Shown here: piece after piece, positions 35,004 to 44,905 of the stretch
Position numbering within the stretch: position 1 is the first letter of the stretch
Layout of the letters: each line of letters begins with the position of its first letter
NCBI GenBank assembly: GCA_038203565.1
Contig: JBBRDV010000001.1
Coordinates: 5,028-69,027 of the forward strand
DNA length: 64,000 nucleotides
Reading direction: 5' to 3'
Origin: Atribacterota bacterium
GTDB lineage: Bacteria; Atribacterota; Phoenicimicrobiia; Phoenicimicrobiales; Phoenicimicrobiaceae
Program-made: the position numbers and the translations under genes
Notes under the pieces: generated by a model
Told to the model about the DNA's origin: nothing
The model's database searches: none
The model's input: the letters and a program-made list of their open reading frames with translations, nothing else

Positions 35004-35968
35004 TTAATAATAAAGACAATAATTTACTTATTTTATTAGGTCCCACCGGAGTAGGTAAAACAGATATTTCGATTAAATTAGCTCAAAAAATCCCTGATGT
35101 AGAAATAATTTCTGCCGATTCTATGCAAATATATAAATATATGGATATTGGGACTGCTAAACCCGATAAAAGCATATTAAACACCATAAAACACCATATG
35201 ATAGATATTGTTGATCCGGCAGAGAATTTTGACGTAATACAATACAGCAAGTTAGCTGCAAAAATAATATTAGACGTTTTTAAAAGAGGTAAAATACCCA
35301 TATTAGCAGGTGGTTCCGGACTATATATTTCCTCAATAATTAATCCTCTTTTTACAGGACCTGATAGGAATATTGAGTATAGAGAAACCCTGGAAGAAGA
35401 GGGAAAAATACACGGTAAAAAGTATTTATATGATAGATTATCCAAAATAGATCCAATTTCTGCTTCAAAAATTGAACCTAATGATTTAAGAAGGATAATC
35501 AGAGCTTTAGAAGTTTATAAATCTACCGGTAAAACCATCTCTTATTTACAGAAAAAATCTTCTAATAATAATGCAAAAATTAATTATCAAATTATTGGAT
35601 TTAAAAGAAATAGAGAAAATCTATATCAAATAATTAATTTAAGAGTTGATAAGATGATTGAAGACGGATTTATAGAAGAAGTTAAAATGTTAGGTGATAA
35701 GGGCTATAAAGAAAATTTAAATTCAATGCAGGGATTAGGTTATAAACAGATAAATAAACATCTAAATGGTTTATACAGTAAAGAAGAGGCTATTAATTTA
35801 ATAAAGATAGAGACCCGGCATTATGCCAAAAGACAAATGACCTGGTTCACTAATAAAATAAAAAATATCGAATGGATAGATTTAGATAAGAGCAGCGAAA
35901 ATGAAGCAATCTCAAAGATAAAAAATAAAATAAATAAAGTTCCAATATTAAATTTGAAAATTTTCTAA
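35000..35968 (+). CDS. miaA: tRNA dimethylallyltransferase MiaA
   Basis: P-loop GPTGVGKT and an IPP-transferase fold. Start overlaps the miaB stop (ATGA). Confidence 0.9.
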   Translation: MINNKDNNLLILLGPTGVGKTDISIKLAQKIPDVEIISADSMQIYKYMDIGTAKPDKSILNTIKHHMIDIVDPAENFDVIQYSKLAAKIILDVFKRGKIPILAGGSGLYISSIINPLFTGPDRNIEYRETLEEEGKIHGKKYLYDRLSKIDPISASKIEPNDLRRIIRALEVYKSTGKTISYLQKKSSNNNAKINYQIIGFKRNRENLYQIINLRVDKMIEDGFIEEVKMLGDKGYKENLNSMQGLGYKQINKHLNGLYSKEEAINLIKIETRHYAKRQMTWFTNKIKNIEWIDLDKSSENEAISKIKNKINKVPILNLKIF

Positions 35969-36041
35969 AAATCTTATAGAAAGGAAATTAAAGAAAATAC
36001 TTCAAAAAAAAGTTATTTCTAAATTTAAATTCCCTTTTAAT

Positions 36042-38039
36042 ATGAAAAGAATTGGGATAGATATGGGTTCTGATAATCTTAAAGCAGTTGTGATAGAGGG
36101 GAAAAATATAACTTCTTATCTAAAAAAAATAGATGGAAAACCAATTCATGCTTTAAAGGAAACATTAGATGAAATTATAACAAAACACAGTAATGAGGTT
36201 TATCTTGGTGTAACCGGAGTTAATTCAATTTCTTTATCAGATGTGCTAAATGAAAAACAAATGATCAATGAATCAATTGCGACTAAAGGGGGCATTGCAT
36301 CTCTTGATTTAGACATTAAGGAAAATGAAAAGTTTGCAGTCATTGATGTTGGAGCCTCAAACCAGAGATGTTATGAATTTGGAAAAGATAAAAATAGTGG
36401 AAAATTAATTTTAGAAAATCATTATTTACAGAATAAATGTGGTGCCGGTTCAGGTTTGTTACTTGAGCATATGGCAAAAAGATTTGAATATGGTTCAATA
36501 GGGGAACTGTCTAATGTAGCTAATCAAACTGAAAAAACCATAAAGCTTTCTGCAAAATGTGGTGTTTTCCGTGAATCTGATGTTGTGCACCAGCAGCAAA
36601 AGGGAACGACAAAAGAGGTATTGGCTGCTTCACTTTATAGAGCCTCTGCTGATAGTTTTAAAACCATTCTCTCAAATGGAATGATGCCTGAAGGTAGGAT
36701 TATTCTTATTGGTGGTCTCTCTCTGAGTAAAGCCTTTGTTAAGCATCTAATGGATGTTTGCAAAATCTCTTCTGAAAGAGTGATCATTCCAAAACAAGGA
36801 TTACATATAGGTGCAATTGGTGCAGCAATCTATGGTCAACAGGTTTATCTAAATAATATAATAATAAAATTAGAGAAAAAACTAACACAACCCTTTAACT
36901 ATAAATCACAGGGCCCTCTAATCTTCAAAAAATCCAAAATTATGAAACCAAAAGAAGATTGGCCTTATGGCGCAGATATTCCTTTAGCTAGCTTAGGAAT
37001 TGATATAGGCTCTGTTAGTACAAAAGCTGCATTAATAGCAGAAATTAATGGTAAGTTTAGATTGCTTGCCTATCACTACAGGAGAACAGAGATAGACCCT
37101 GTTGGGGCTGCAATAGATGTTATAAACAAAGTATATAATCAGGTTATAGAAAGGTGCTATAAAATTGAGAAAGTTATTGCAGGAACAACTGGAAGCGGAA
37201 GACAGCTTACTGGTTTTATAGTTGGGGCTTCCAAAGAACATATTGTTGATGAAATCACTGCACAGGCTGCAGGTATAACAACATTCTATCCTCAAAAAGA
37301 GTTTAGTATTATTGAGTTTGGCGGTCAGGATTCAAAATATATCAATATCAGCCAGGGTGTGGTTGTTGATTTTGCAATGAATAATGCATGTGCTGCCGGG
37401 ACCGGAGCATTGCTTGAAAAATATGCCATGCGCAGAGGTATTAAAATAGAGGATTTAGGAGATATTGCCTTAAAAGCAAAGAATCCACCTGATATAGATA
37501 GCACTTGTGCGGTTTTGTCAGAGCAATCAATAATAAAATATGAGCAAAATAATATATCTTTAGAGGATTTATGTGCTGCTCTTACCTTAGCAACTGCAAG
37601 AAACTATTTAGCAAAGGTAGTTAGCGGCAGCGAAATAAAAGAAAAGGTTGTTTTTCAGGGTGCAACTGCATTTAATCTTGGACAGGTTGCTGCTCTTGAA
37701 ACTGTTCTTGGGAAAGGAATAATTGTACCTCCCTGGCCGCATATAACTGGGGCAATAGGTGCAGCAAAATATGCATATGATACCTCTAATTTAGGTAATT
37801 TTAGAGGATTTAAAAAAATATCAAATCTAAAATACAAAGTAGGATCCTACGAATGTATCAACAAAAATTGTGGAAATGACTGTAACATAACCAGGGCTGA
37901 AATTAAAGGTAAAGAAAAGATATTTTATTTTATAGGTGACAGATGCCAGAGATACAGTGCAAAAAAGGATGATAAACAGATAAAGCCGCCTAACTTATTT
38001 AAAGAAAGGCAGAAAATAATGGAGGATACATGCAAATGA
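36042..38039 (+). CDS. Fused tandem BadF/BadG/BcrA/BcrD-type ATPase (2-hydroxyacyl-CoA dehydratase activator-like, 'archerase'), two domains in one chain
   Basis: Two ASKHA-type activase N-termini (IGIDMGSDNLKAV; LGIDIGSVSTKAA) and a C-terminal Cys cluster (CINKNCGNDCN...C). Confidence 0.75.
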   Translation: MKRIGIDMGSDNLKAVVIEGKNITSYLKKIDGKPIHALKETLDEIITKHSNEVYLGVTGVNSISLSDVLNEKQMINESIATKGGIASLDLDIKENEKFAVIDVGASNQRCYEFGKDKNSGKLILENHYLQNKCGAGSGLLLEHMAKRFEYGSIGELSNVANQTEKTIKLSAKCGVFRESDVVHQQQKGTTKEVLAASLYRASADSFKTILSNGMMPEGRIILIGGLSLSKAFVKHLMDVCKISSERVIIPKQGLHIGAIGAAIYGQQVYLNNIIIKLEKKLTQPFNYKSQGPLIFKKSKIMKPKEDWPYGADIPLASLGIDIGSVSTKAALIAEINGKFRLLAYHYRRTEIDPVGAAIDVINKVYNQVIERCYKIEKVIAGTTGSGRQLTGFIVGASKEHIVDEITAQAAGITTFYPQKEFSIIEFGGQDSKYINISQGVVVDFAMNNACAAGTGALLEKYAMRRGIKIEDLGDIALKAKNPPDIDSTCAVLSEQSIIKYEQNNISLEDLCAALTLATARNYLAKVVSGSEIKEKVVFQGATAFNLGQVAALETVLGKGIIVPPWPHITGAIGAAKYAYDTSNLGNFRGFKKISNLKYKVGSYECINKNCGNDCNITRAEIKGKEKIFYFIGDRCQRYSAKKDDKQIKPPNLFKERQKIMEDTCK

Positions 38040-40408
38040 GAGTAGGAATTCCAAGGGGTTTGTTATTTAATGATTTCTCCCCTTTATTTATTCCTTTTTT
38101 TAGTTATTTAGGCATAAAAACCATTGTTTCAGATGAAACGAATAGGAAGATAATTAATCGTGGTTTAGAGATAGTGCCAGCAGAATATTGTTTCCCAATT
38201 AAGGTAGCCTATGGTCATGTTGATAATCTTCTAAAAAAAGGTGTTGATTTTATTTTTATTCCCCATATTGCAAATACAGGAGAACCAACTCGTGGCTATA
38301 AGTATTGTGTCACCTGTCCATGGACACAGTCTGCACCAGATCTCATGAAATCTGCACCAAAGCTTGTTAAAGAAGGTCTCAATCTAAAAAACTTACTTTC
38401 TCCTTCACTATTTTTTGACTGGGGGTTAAATCATATTGAGGATCAGATGAAGAAAACTGTAGCAAAGATGGGTTATAGCACAAAAAATGTTAGGGCTGCA
38501 CTTCAAGAGGGATTAGTAAACAAAAAAAAGTTTGATAAGAAAATTGAGGAAAAAACAAAAGAAGTCTTTGATTCTATTCAAGAGAAATGTAAAAAAAACG
38601 AACCTACTTTTTTGGTTATGGCAAGACCCTACACAGCTTATGATGCAAATGTTAATAATGATATTGTAAATAAAATTTTAGGTGCTGGTTATCGTGCAAT
38701 ACCCCTTGAATTTGCTCCCATAGGTTCAATAGATATTTCTAAACAAATGCCAAAAATGTACTGGATTCAGGGCCAAAAGAAACTGGCTGCAATTGAACTA
38801 TTAAATGCAAATAAAAACCTGTTCGGAATTGATATAACCTATTTTGCCTGTGGTCCTGATGCCCAAATAAACCAGCAAATGAGATGCAGAACACAAAAAC
38901 CATTTTTAACAGTTGAAATGGATGAGCATACTGGAGATGCTGGAATTGATACCAGATTGCAGGCATTCTTCAATACAGTTAAATCTTACCTGGGAATAGA
39001 AGCAAAGCAAAACAGCAAAGTGTTTAGTGTCAAACTAAAAGGTCTTGATAAGATTAAAGGAAATAAAATTCTTTTTATCCCTCCAATGTCAAAACATAAT
39101 GATGCATTATCTGCTGTTTTTAATGCCTATGGAATTCAGTCAAGGGTTTTAGAAGTAAGCCCTGATGAAACCATGGAAAGAGCGAGAAGCTGTACCTGCG
39201 GCTTAGTATGCACCCCTTATCTACATACTACAGAGGCTATGCTTAATTTTATACAAAAACCAGGGTTTGACCAGGAAAAGTTTGCCTTTTTTCAGGCAAC
39301 AACCGATTGTGGCCCATGTAGACTAGGGCAGTATGCAAGCCTGGAATCTCTTTTATTCCAAAAAAAGGGAATAGATGTTGATATAATAATAGGGGGCGAA
39401 CTGGAAAGTGAATTTAATCTTGGCATCTCTTTATTAGTTAAGGTGTGGTATGGCATAACTGCAGTTGACCAACTTGAAAAAATGAGAATGCACACCAGGC
39501 CCTATGAAGTTAATAAAGGAACCTCAGATCAGATTTATGAGAAATATCTGAAAAGTCTTCTTGATTATTTAGCAGATTTAAAAACTAATCTTGGAAAGAT
39601 GAAAACCTATTTATCTATTGGGAAGGCATTATCCTCTAATTTATTTAATGGAAACTCATCCCCTGTTGAAGTAATCTTAAGAAAAGCTCAAGGAGAATTT
39701 TCTAAAGTTAAAAGAACGAATGAAGAAAAACCAAAGATAGGCATAATTGGTGAATTCTTTGTGAGACTTCATGAGCAAGCCAATCAATACATTATAAGAA
39801 AGCTTGAAGAAAAGGGAATAGAAACTTGGTTAGCTCCAGCAACAGAATATCTTATTTATTCTTATTATCTTACTTCTGTTTATGCAAAAGAAAAATTCAG
39901 TTTAAACAGAAAAAAGGAAAATTTAAGGGAATGGATTTTAAAATCAATATTATATAAAGTTTTGATTGGGTATGAGCACATGTTGTTTAAAGCAACCTTA
40001 CCATATATGCAAGGCTTTGATGATATAACTGCACAAGAAATAGTATCAAATGGTGAGAAATACATTAGACATTATATTGGCGGAGAGGCCATAGTAAGCA
40101 TGGGAAAGGCAATAGATTATGCAAAAAGAGGATTGGATGGGATTATCAGCATTATTCCATTTAACTGCATGCCAGGATTGATTATAGATGGTTTTATCCC
40201 AAAATTCAGAAAAGATAATAATAACATTCCCTTTGTGTCTATAGAGTATGATGGTTTTCAGGATAGTACAAGAGAAATGAGAATTGATACCTTTGTTGCA
40301 CAAGTAAAAGAGAGATATGAGAATAAAAAATATACCCAACTTTCAGGTAAAAGGATTGTTACCGGACAGAACTCTGGAGAGCTTTATATAAAAACAGGGC
40401 ACAGTTAA
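38030..40408 (+). CDS. DUF2229 + HgdB/HadC-like 2-hydroxyacyl-CoA dehydratase family protein (double-cubane cluster protein-like), substrate unknown
   Basis: 792 aa. The N-terminal half resembles the 'CoA enzyme activase uncharacterised domain'. The C-terminal half is HGD-D-like with conserved Cys. Translationally coupled to the upstream ATPase. Confidence 0.7.
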   Translation: MQMRVGIPRGLLFNDFSPLFIPFFSYLGIKTIVSDETNRKIINRGLEIVPAEYCFPIKVAYGHVDNLLKKGVDFIFIPHIANTGEPTRGYKYCVTCPWTQSAPDLMKSAPKLVKEGLNLKNLLSPSLFFDWGLNHIEDQMKKTVAKMGYSTKNVRAALQEGLVNKKKFDKKIEEKTKEVFDSIQEKCKKNEPTFLVMARPYTAYDANVNNDIVNKILGAGYRAIPLEFAPIGSIDISKQMPKMYWIQGQKKLAAIELLNANKNLFGIDITYFACGPDAQINQQMRCRTQKPFLTVEMDEHTGDAGIDTRLQAFFNTVKSYLGIEAKQNSKVFSVKLKGLDKIKGNKILFIPPMSKHNDALSAVFNAYGIQSRVLEVSPDETMERARSCTCGLVCTPYLHTTEAMLNFIQKPGFDQEKFAFFQATTDCGPCRLGQYASLESLLFQKKGIDVDIIIGGELESEFNLGISLLVKVWYGITAVDQLEKMRMHTRPYEVNKGTSDQIYEKYLKSLLDYLADLKTNLGKMKTYLSIGKALSSNLFNGNSSPVEVILRKAQGEFSKVKRTNEEKPKIGIIGEFFVRLHEQANQYIIRKLEEKGIETWLAPATEYLIYSYYLTSVYAKEKFSLNRKKENLREWILKSILYKVLIGYEHMLFKATLPYMQGFDDITAQEIVSNGEKYIRHYIGGEAIVSMGKAIDYAKRGLDGIISIIPFNCMPGLIIDGFIPKFRKDNNNIPFVSIEYDGFQDSTREMRIDTFVAQVKERYENKKYTQLSGKRIVTGQNSGELYIKTGHS

Positions 40409-40460
40409 AAAGCTAATTTACTCTATAACTTGCCCTATTTTTGTATCATTTTTTTTATCT

Positions 40461-41047
40461 CTATTCAATTTCCCCTAACTCTACCTTCATCCCGGAGAGT
40501 TCTTTCTGTACTTCAGCAAAGCGCAGGGAATAATATTCCCGATTCTGCTGATTAAAGCTGGTGGTAGTATTATGTATCTCTTTGGTATTCTCTAAGACCT
40601 GCCGATAACCATCTTTTTGTGCTGTCACGATTTCCTGCATAAATTTATCGATACGAAAGATCAAGAGTATCGATAGAGCGATAGGGGACCCCTGATTGGC
40701 GATGATGTTTGATAACATTTCAACATTCATTATTTTCCTCCTTTCTCAAAAAGTTAACCAAAGGTGCCAGGCACTTTTGGTTAACTTTTCTTATTTCCTC
40801 CACCTGATTTTTCCAGTCTTTGAAAGTCATTTGCTTGGTATAGATTAAGAATATGGAGCTGATAAGGCTCAAATATCTTGGTCCGATACCTCACTTTTTC
40901 TATATACCGAGAGTATTTTTTCTCTGACATACTGTAATATTTTAATACTGCCCGCTTGTTTAATCCGGTTTCTCTTACAATATCCGCTTTGGTAAATCCT
41001 TTTCTCTTAAAATACTGAATCTTTTGATACATAATCTTGTTAACCAT
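40461..41047 (-). pseudogene. istA: IS21-family transposase IstA, N-terminal ~180 aa split over two frames and truncated
   Basis: ORF 40781-41047 carries the HTH (KADIVRETGLNKRAVLKYY) and a KIFEPYQLHILNL segment. ORF 40461-40730 continues in another frame (GY motif). No DDE domain is present. Confidence 0.55.
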
Positions 41048-41065
41048 ATATCAGTCCTTTCTGCC

Positions 41066-41110
41066 TGTGCGTTTTGCACGCAGACAGGTTGCACGCAGAC
41101 AGGTTGCACG
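41066..41110 (-). repeat. Three tandem 15-bp direct repeats (TGTCTGCGTGCAACC in minus sense). These are the IS21-type multiple terminal repeats.
   Basis: GCACGCAGACAGGTT occurs three times directly upstream of the istA start. Confidence 0.85.
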
Positions 41111-41424
41111 CAGACAGGTCCTTATAGTATTGATTCTTATTCATACTATAGTAAAGAACCGTTTCTTTTAAAAGGTGCATTTTAGTTTACCATTTCCAAA
41201 GGTGAAAGATATAAAGGTATAATGAGATTGCCACACTTTCTTCGAAAGTTCGCAATGACAAAGGGAGGGGGTTCGGAGAATTTTTATATTTTTTTCCAAT
41301 TTTGCAACGTCCTATAATATATCTTATGTAAAGTAATATAGATTTTATTATATTTCACTCATTTTCTTTGATTTATTAATTGTAATAAGAAGATTTTCAT
41401 TATATTAATATTATTTATTAACAG

Positions 41425-41766
41425 TTAGCAGGTTAAATGAAAAGCAGCAATTAAGTTATTCTTTTTATAAAGTTTGTTGTATTCAGTATATGCATCTCCG
41501 GTTTTTTTTACCATTACTTGTTTGATACCAGACGATTTTATATTTTTTATTAATTCTTTTGACACCTTCATCAATCCGAAAAAGCCGGTTCCAATAATTA
41601 AAATATCTGGTTTTTTATTTATTATTTCCTTTACATCATCAATACAAAGATTATGTCCTTCTTTTCTCCACCAACTATCATAAATATAATCTCTAAAAAT
41701 AATAAGATCTGAATTATATTTTTTCCCATTAATTGACATTTGTCCAAAATCATAATTTTCTATCAT
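41425..41766 (-). CDS. Mth938-like domain protein (DUF498 family)
   Basis: 113 aa. Family assignment is from recollection of Mth938/AAMDC-like sequences and is unverified. Confidence 0.5.
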   Translation of the reverse strand: MIENYDFGQMSINGKKYNSDLIIFRDYIYDSWWRKEGHNLCIDDVKEIINKKPDILIIGTGFFGLMKVSKELIKNIKSSGIKQVMVKKTGDAYTEYNKLYKKNNLIAAFHLTC

Positions 41767-41857
41767 GTTATTCTCATCTCTTTAAGGGTAAAATTAATAT
41801 TTATAGTTTATGTATGGTTAATATTGGTTTTGTAATGGTTAGTATTGACGATATATT

Positions 41858-42715
41858 TCATTTTCTGATGATTATAGAAGCATAACCAACCACCTGGTCA
41901 AACATTCCAGAAACATCTCCCGAAGTAGCATATTTTAGCAATTCTGCATTCTTTGCTCCTAAGGTTTCGCAAACAATCAGCATGACAGTAATTGGGCCAG
42001 GGCCGCACATAGTCAGATTCTGATTGTAAATCATATCGTATAGTTTCTTAGGATTGAATTCCAGAATGGCATTTATTGCTTGTTTATCAATATTTTCAGT
42101 ATATTCTTGTGGTTCATAGTGGGTAAAGTCTGAGCTAGCAATGATTAAAACATTTCTATCAACTACGGAGGAGGATATTGATCGGGCAATCTCTATATCT
42201 GTAATAATATCCTGACGAGTCATGCAAATTGGTATAAATTTAATACTTTTATCGAAAATGTATTGGATAAAAGGTAACTGGACTTCGATAGAATGCTCGT
42301 TTTGATGGGCCTTGTAATCTGATTTGATAATTTTTGAATTATTTAGTATTTTCTCGGCAATTTCCGTATCGATTTCCAATTCTCCCAAAGGCGTTTTCCA
42401 ACTTCCTTCGGTCATAATAGAAATATCTCTTCCGAATCCACGGTGATTAGGACCTAATATAATAATGGTGTCTGGTTTACCATCTAAAGCAATTTGATAA
42501 AAACCATTAGCCGCAACAGGTCCCGAGTACATATAGCCTGCATGTGGACTAATTAATCCAATGATATTGTTTTCTTTTTTGGTATTTACCAGAGGTATTT
42601 TACCAGGTCCTATTCTATGTAAAAAACAATTTTCAATCTGTATATTTAAAGATTTTGAATCACCAGCGTAAAAGCTACCTGCAACGGCAGGTCTTCTTAA
42701 ATTTAACTCAGTCAT
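41858..42715 (-). CDS. MEMO1-family protein (AmmeMemoRadiSam system protein B-like)
   Basis: 285 aa with conserved His/Asp metal-site motifs of the Memo extradiol-dioxygenase-like fold (SPHAGYMYSG, GPNH, SSDFTHY). Confidence 0.8.
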   Translation of the reverse strand: MTELNLRRPAVAGSFYAGDSKSLNIQIENCFLHRIGPGKIPLVNTKKENNIIGLISPHAGYMYSGPVAANGFYQIALDGKPDTIIILGPNHRGFGRDISIMTEGSWKTPLGELEIDTEIAEKILNNSKIIKSDYKAHQNEHSIEVQLPFIQYIFDKSIKFIPICMTRQDIITDIEIARSISSSVVDRNVLIIASSDFTHYEPQEYTENIDKQAINAILEFNPKKLYDMIYNQNLTMCGPGPITVMLIVCETLGAKNAELLKYATSGDVSGMFDQVVGYASIIIRK

Positions 42716-42790
42716 AAACCTACCTCCCCTACTCTTTTAAAAATGTAAATTTACTAAGTGTTTTCGAGTTGTTTAGGATTAAAATCTTTC

Positions 42791-44212
42791 TCATTTGGAA
42801 TGCCGACTACTACTACCTCTTTTTTTCCCTTTCTTTATTTTTGGTAATAAGAAGATAAAAAGTATGAGTATGATTAAAAATATAAAAGCTATCCTAATAT
42901 AAACTGAATAAAATAAATATTTAGCAATAGATAAATAATATCTTCTTTTGGCTGAAGGATAATTAGGATTTATATTCAATACCTCTTTGAATTCTTTAGA
43001 TGCATCTTTAAAAAGAGAATTTTTTTCATCATCTACAGCTAAATTAAATCGGGAATCAATAATTTTTAATTGCAATTTTTGATCATCCGGATAGACTTTT
43101 TGAAGATAGTTATAAGCTTTGATAGATTCTTCCCATTGTTTATTTTCATAAAAAGCAGTAGCAATTCCTTCGCGAGCATTGATATTTAAAGGATCTATAG
43201 AAATAACCTGTTCATATTCTAATATTGCTTTTCCCCAATTCTTTTCTTCGCTATATTTATTGCCTAAATTACTGTGAATAACTATTTGGGATACGCAAAA
43301 TTTTACAATTCTATTATTTCCGGCATCGGCAACATAAATATAATCCCTGCCATCTATAACAATTCCTTCAGGATAATTTAAATTAATTATATCCGATTCA
43401 TTACCAAATTCTAATTCGAAATTATCATCTTTATCACATTTTACTACTTTTCCGTTTTTGTAATCAGTGATATATATATTGTTTTTTGAATCAAAAGCAA
43501 TATATCTGGTACCATTAAATCCCCCAATACCATCGCCACCTACTCCAAATTTTCTTAAAAATATGCCTTCTTTACTAAATACCTGTACCTGGTTGTGAAA
43601 AGTATCAGCAACATAAATATTTCCATTATCGTCAAGAGCAATTCCTCTTGGGTAATAAAATTCGCCGTCTCCCCTACCTTCTTTTCCAAATTGTTTAATA
43701 TACTCAAAGGTTGGAGAAAATATTTGTATTCTATTATTTCCTGTATCAACAACATAGATATTATCGTCTTTATCTATGGAAATACCTCTTGGATTAGAAA
43801 ATTCACCTGGGCCATTACCTTCTTTCCCGGTCATCTGTAAGGATTTACCTTCCGGTGATATTCTATGGATTCTATGGTTAAATTGTTCTACTATGATTAT
43901 ATTTCCGTTACTATCCAAAGCCAAGCCTACCGGGCCATCAAGTTTTAACGCATCTTCCCCTTCTCCATCCGGAATTACCTTTAGTAATCTTCCATCAGAG
44001 CTGAATTTTTGTATACGGTCATTTTCCCAATCAGATACATATAAATTATTATCTTTATCCAGCGCCAGACCAACTGGATAATTAAATTCACTTACCCTGT
44101 TACCATATTCACCAAAAGTTAATATAGTGATATAATTAGTATCTGAAGCAGCAGCGACAATGGATGAAAAAGCGAAAAATATTATGGAAATAAATATAAA
44201 ATATTTTTTCAT
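42791..44212 (-). CDS. Secreted NHL-repeat beta-propeller protein with TPR region and C-terminal transmembrane anchor
   Basis: Signal peptide, six or more NHL repeats (YPxGxAxDxxGNxYVxD), TPR-like helices, then a hydrophobic helix and a basic tail. Confidence 0.7.
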   Translation of the reverse strand: MKKYFIFISIIFFAFSSIVAAASDTNYITILTFGEYGNRVSEFNYPVGLALDKDNNLYVSDWENDRIQKFSSDGRLLKVIPDGEGEDALKLDGPVGLALDSNGNIIIVEQFNHRIHRISPEGKSLQMTGKEGNGPGEFSNPRGISIDKDDNIYVVDTGNNRIQIFSPTFEYIKQFGKEGRGDGEFYYPRGIALDDNGNIYVADTFHNQVQVFSKEGIFLRKFGVGGDGIGGFNGTRYIAFDSKNNIYITDYKNGKVVKCDKDDNFELEFGNESDIINLNYPEGIVIDGRDYIYVADAGNNRIVKFCVSQIVIHSNLGNKYSEEKNWGKAILEYEQVISIDPLNINAREGIATAFYENKQWEESIKAYNYLQKVYPDDQKLQLKIIDSRFNLAVDDEKNSLFKDASKEFKEVLNINPNYPSAKRRYYLSIAKYLFYSVYIRIAFIFLIILILFIFLLPKIKKGKKRGSSSRHSK

Positions 44213-44268
44213 ATTAATATCTCCTTTGTTTTATTTTTTAATATTTTAAATATTTAAAATATGTGATA

Positions 44269-44883
44269 TTATATATGGCTATTTGTTAGTTCTCTAATCT
44301 TTTGACTTAATATGTTAAGTGATTCTTTTTGGTATATTTTATCCCCTATTTTCTCTTTCTCGAAGTACTGCAGAGGGCCATAGCTAACTGTTATACTATA
44401 TTTAAATAGAGTAGGAAATATTTTACCATGAGAATATATTTTATGGGTGCCGTTAATTCCCACTGGTAAAATGGGGACTCCTGTCTTTATGGCAATTTTT
44501 ATTATCCCCAGTTTTAACTCTTGCAATTCGCCATTCAATGAACGTGTACCCTCTGGGAATAGGCCTAATATTTTCTTTTCTTGTAAAATATCCAATGATT
44601 TTTTTAAAGATCGAACATCAACTTTCCCTCGATCTACGGGAAAAGCATTTAAATGTGTCAGGATAGTTCTGCCAAAAATATTATTAAAAGCTTCCTTCTT
44701 AGCCATAAAATATATTTTCCTCTTCATCGTTATCCCTAAAACAATTGGATCCAAAAAACTAACGTGATTAGAGGCAAGTATTAAACCACCTTCTTTTGGT
44801 ATATTTTCAATTCCCACCACATTTATTTTCCAAAATATTTTAAGCATGAACCAACATACAGCTCTTACTACATAATAGAACAT
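44269..44883 (-). CDS. plsC: 1-acyl-sn-glycerol-3-phosphate acyltransferase
   Basis: HxxxxD motif (NHVSFLD) and FPEGTRS. The start is taken at the ATG at 44883, because the TTG-extended track ORF runs into a 22-bp inverted repeat. Confidence 0.8.
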   Translation of the reverse strand: MFYYVVRAVCWFMLKIFWKINVVGIENIPKEGGLILASNHVSFLDPIVLGITMKRKIYFMAKKEAFNNIFGRTILTHLNAFPVDRGKVDVRSLKKSLDILQEKKILGLFPEGTRSLNGELQELKLGIIKIAIKTGVPILPVGINGTHKIYSHGKIFPTLFKYSITVSYGPLQYFEKEKIGDKIYQKESLNILSQKIRELTNSHI

Positions 44884-44905
44884 ATAATTTATCCTGACTT
44901 TAATT

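Larger units (their letters stand above)
40440..41115 (-). mobile_element. Remnant of an IS21-family insertion sequence (left end + frameshifted, truncated istA)
   Basis: Local GC is about 42-50% against ~30% background. Carries the istA N-terminal HTH and terminal direct repeats beginning TGTCTG. Confidence 0.5.

Noticed and set aside
41066-41110. Possible CRISPR array (three 15-bp direct repeats)
   Set aside because: The repeats are directly tandem with no spacers and only three units. They match IS21-type terminal multiple repeats next to an istA fragment. No cas genes are nearby.
41231-41327. 31-codon plus-strand ORF (MRLPHFLRKFAMTKGGGSENFYIFFQFCNVL) in the spacer next to the IS remnant
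   Set aside because: It has a weak Shine-Dalgarno, no recognisable family and lies in decayed IS-flanking DNA. It is more likely non-coding.
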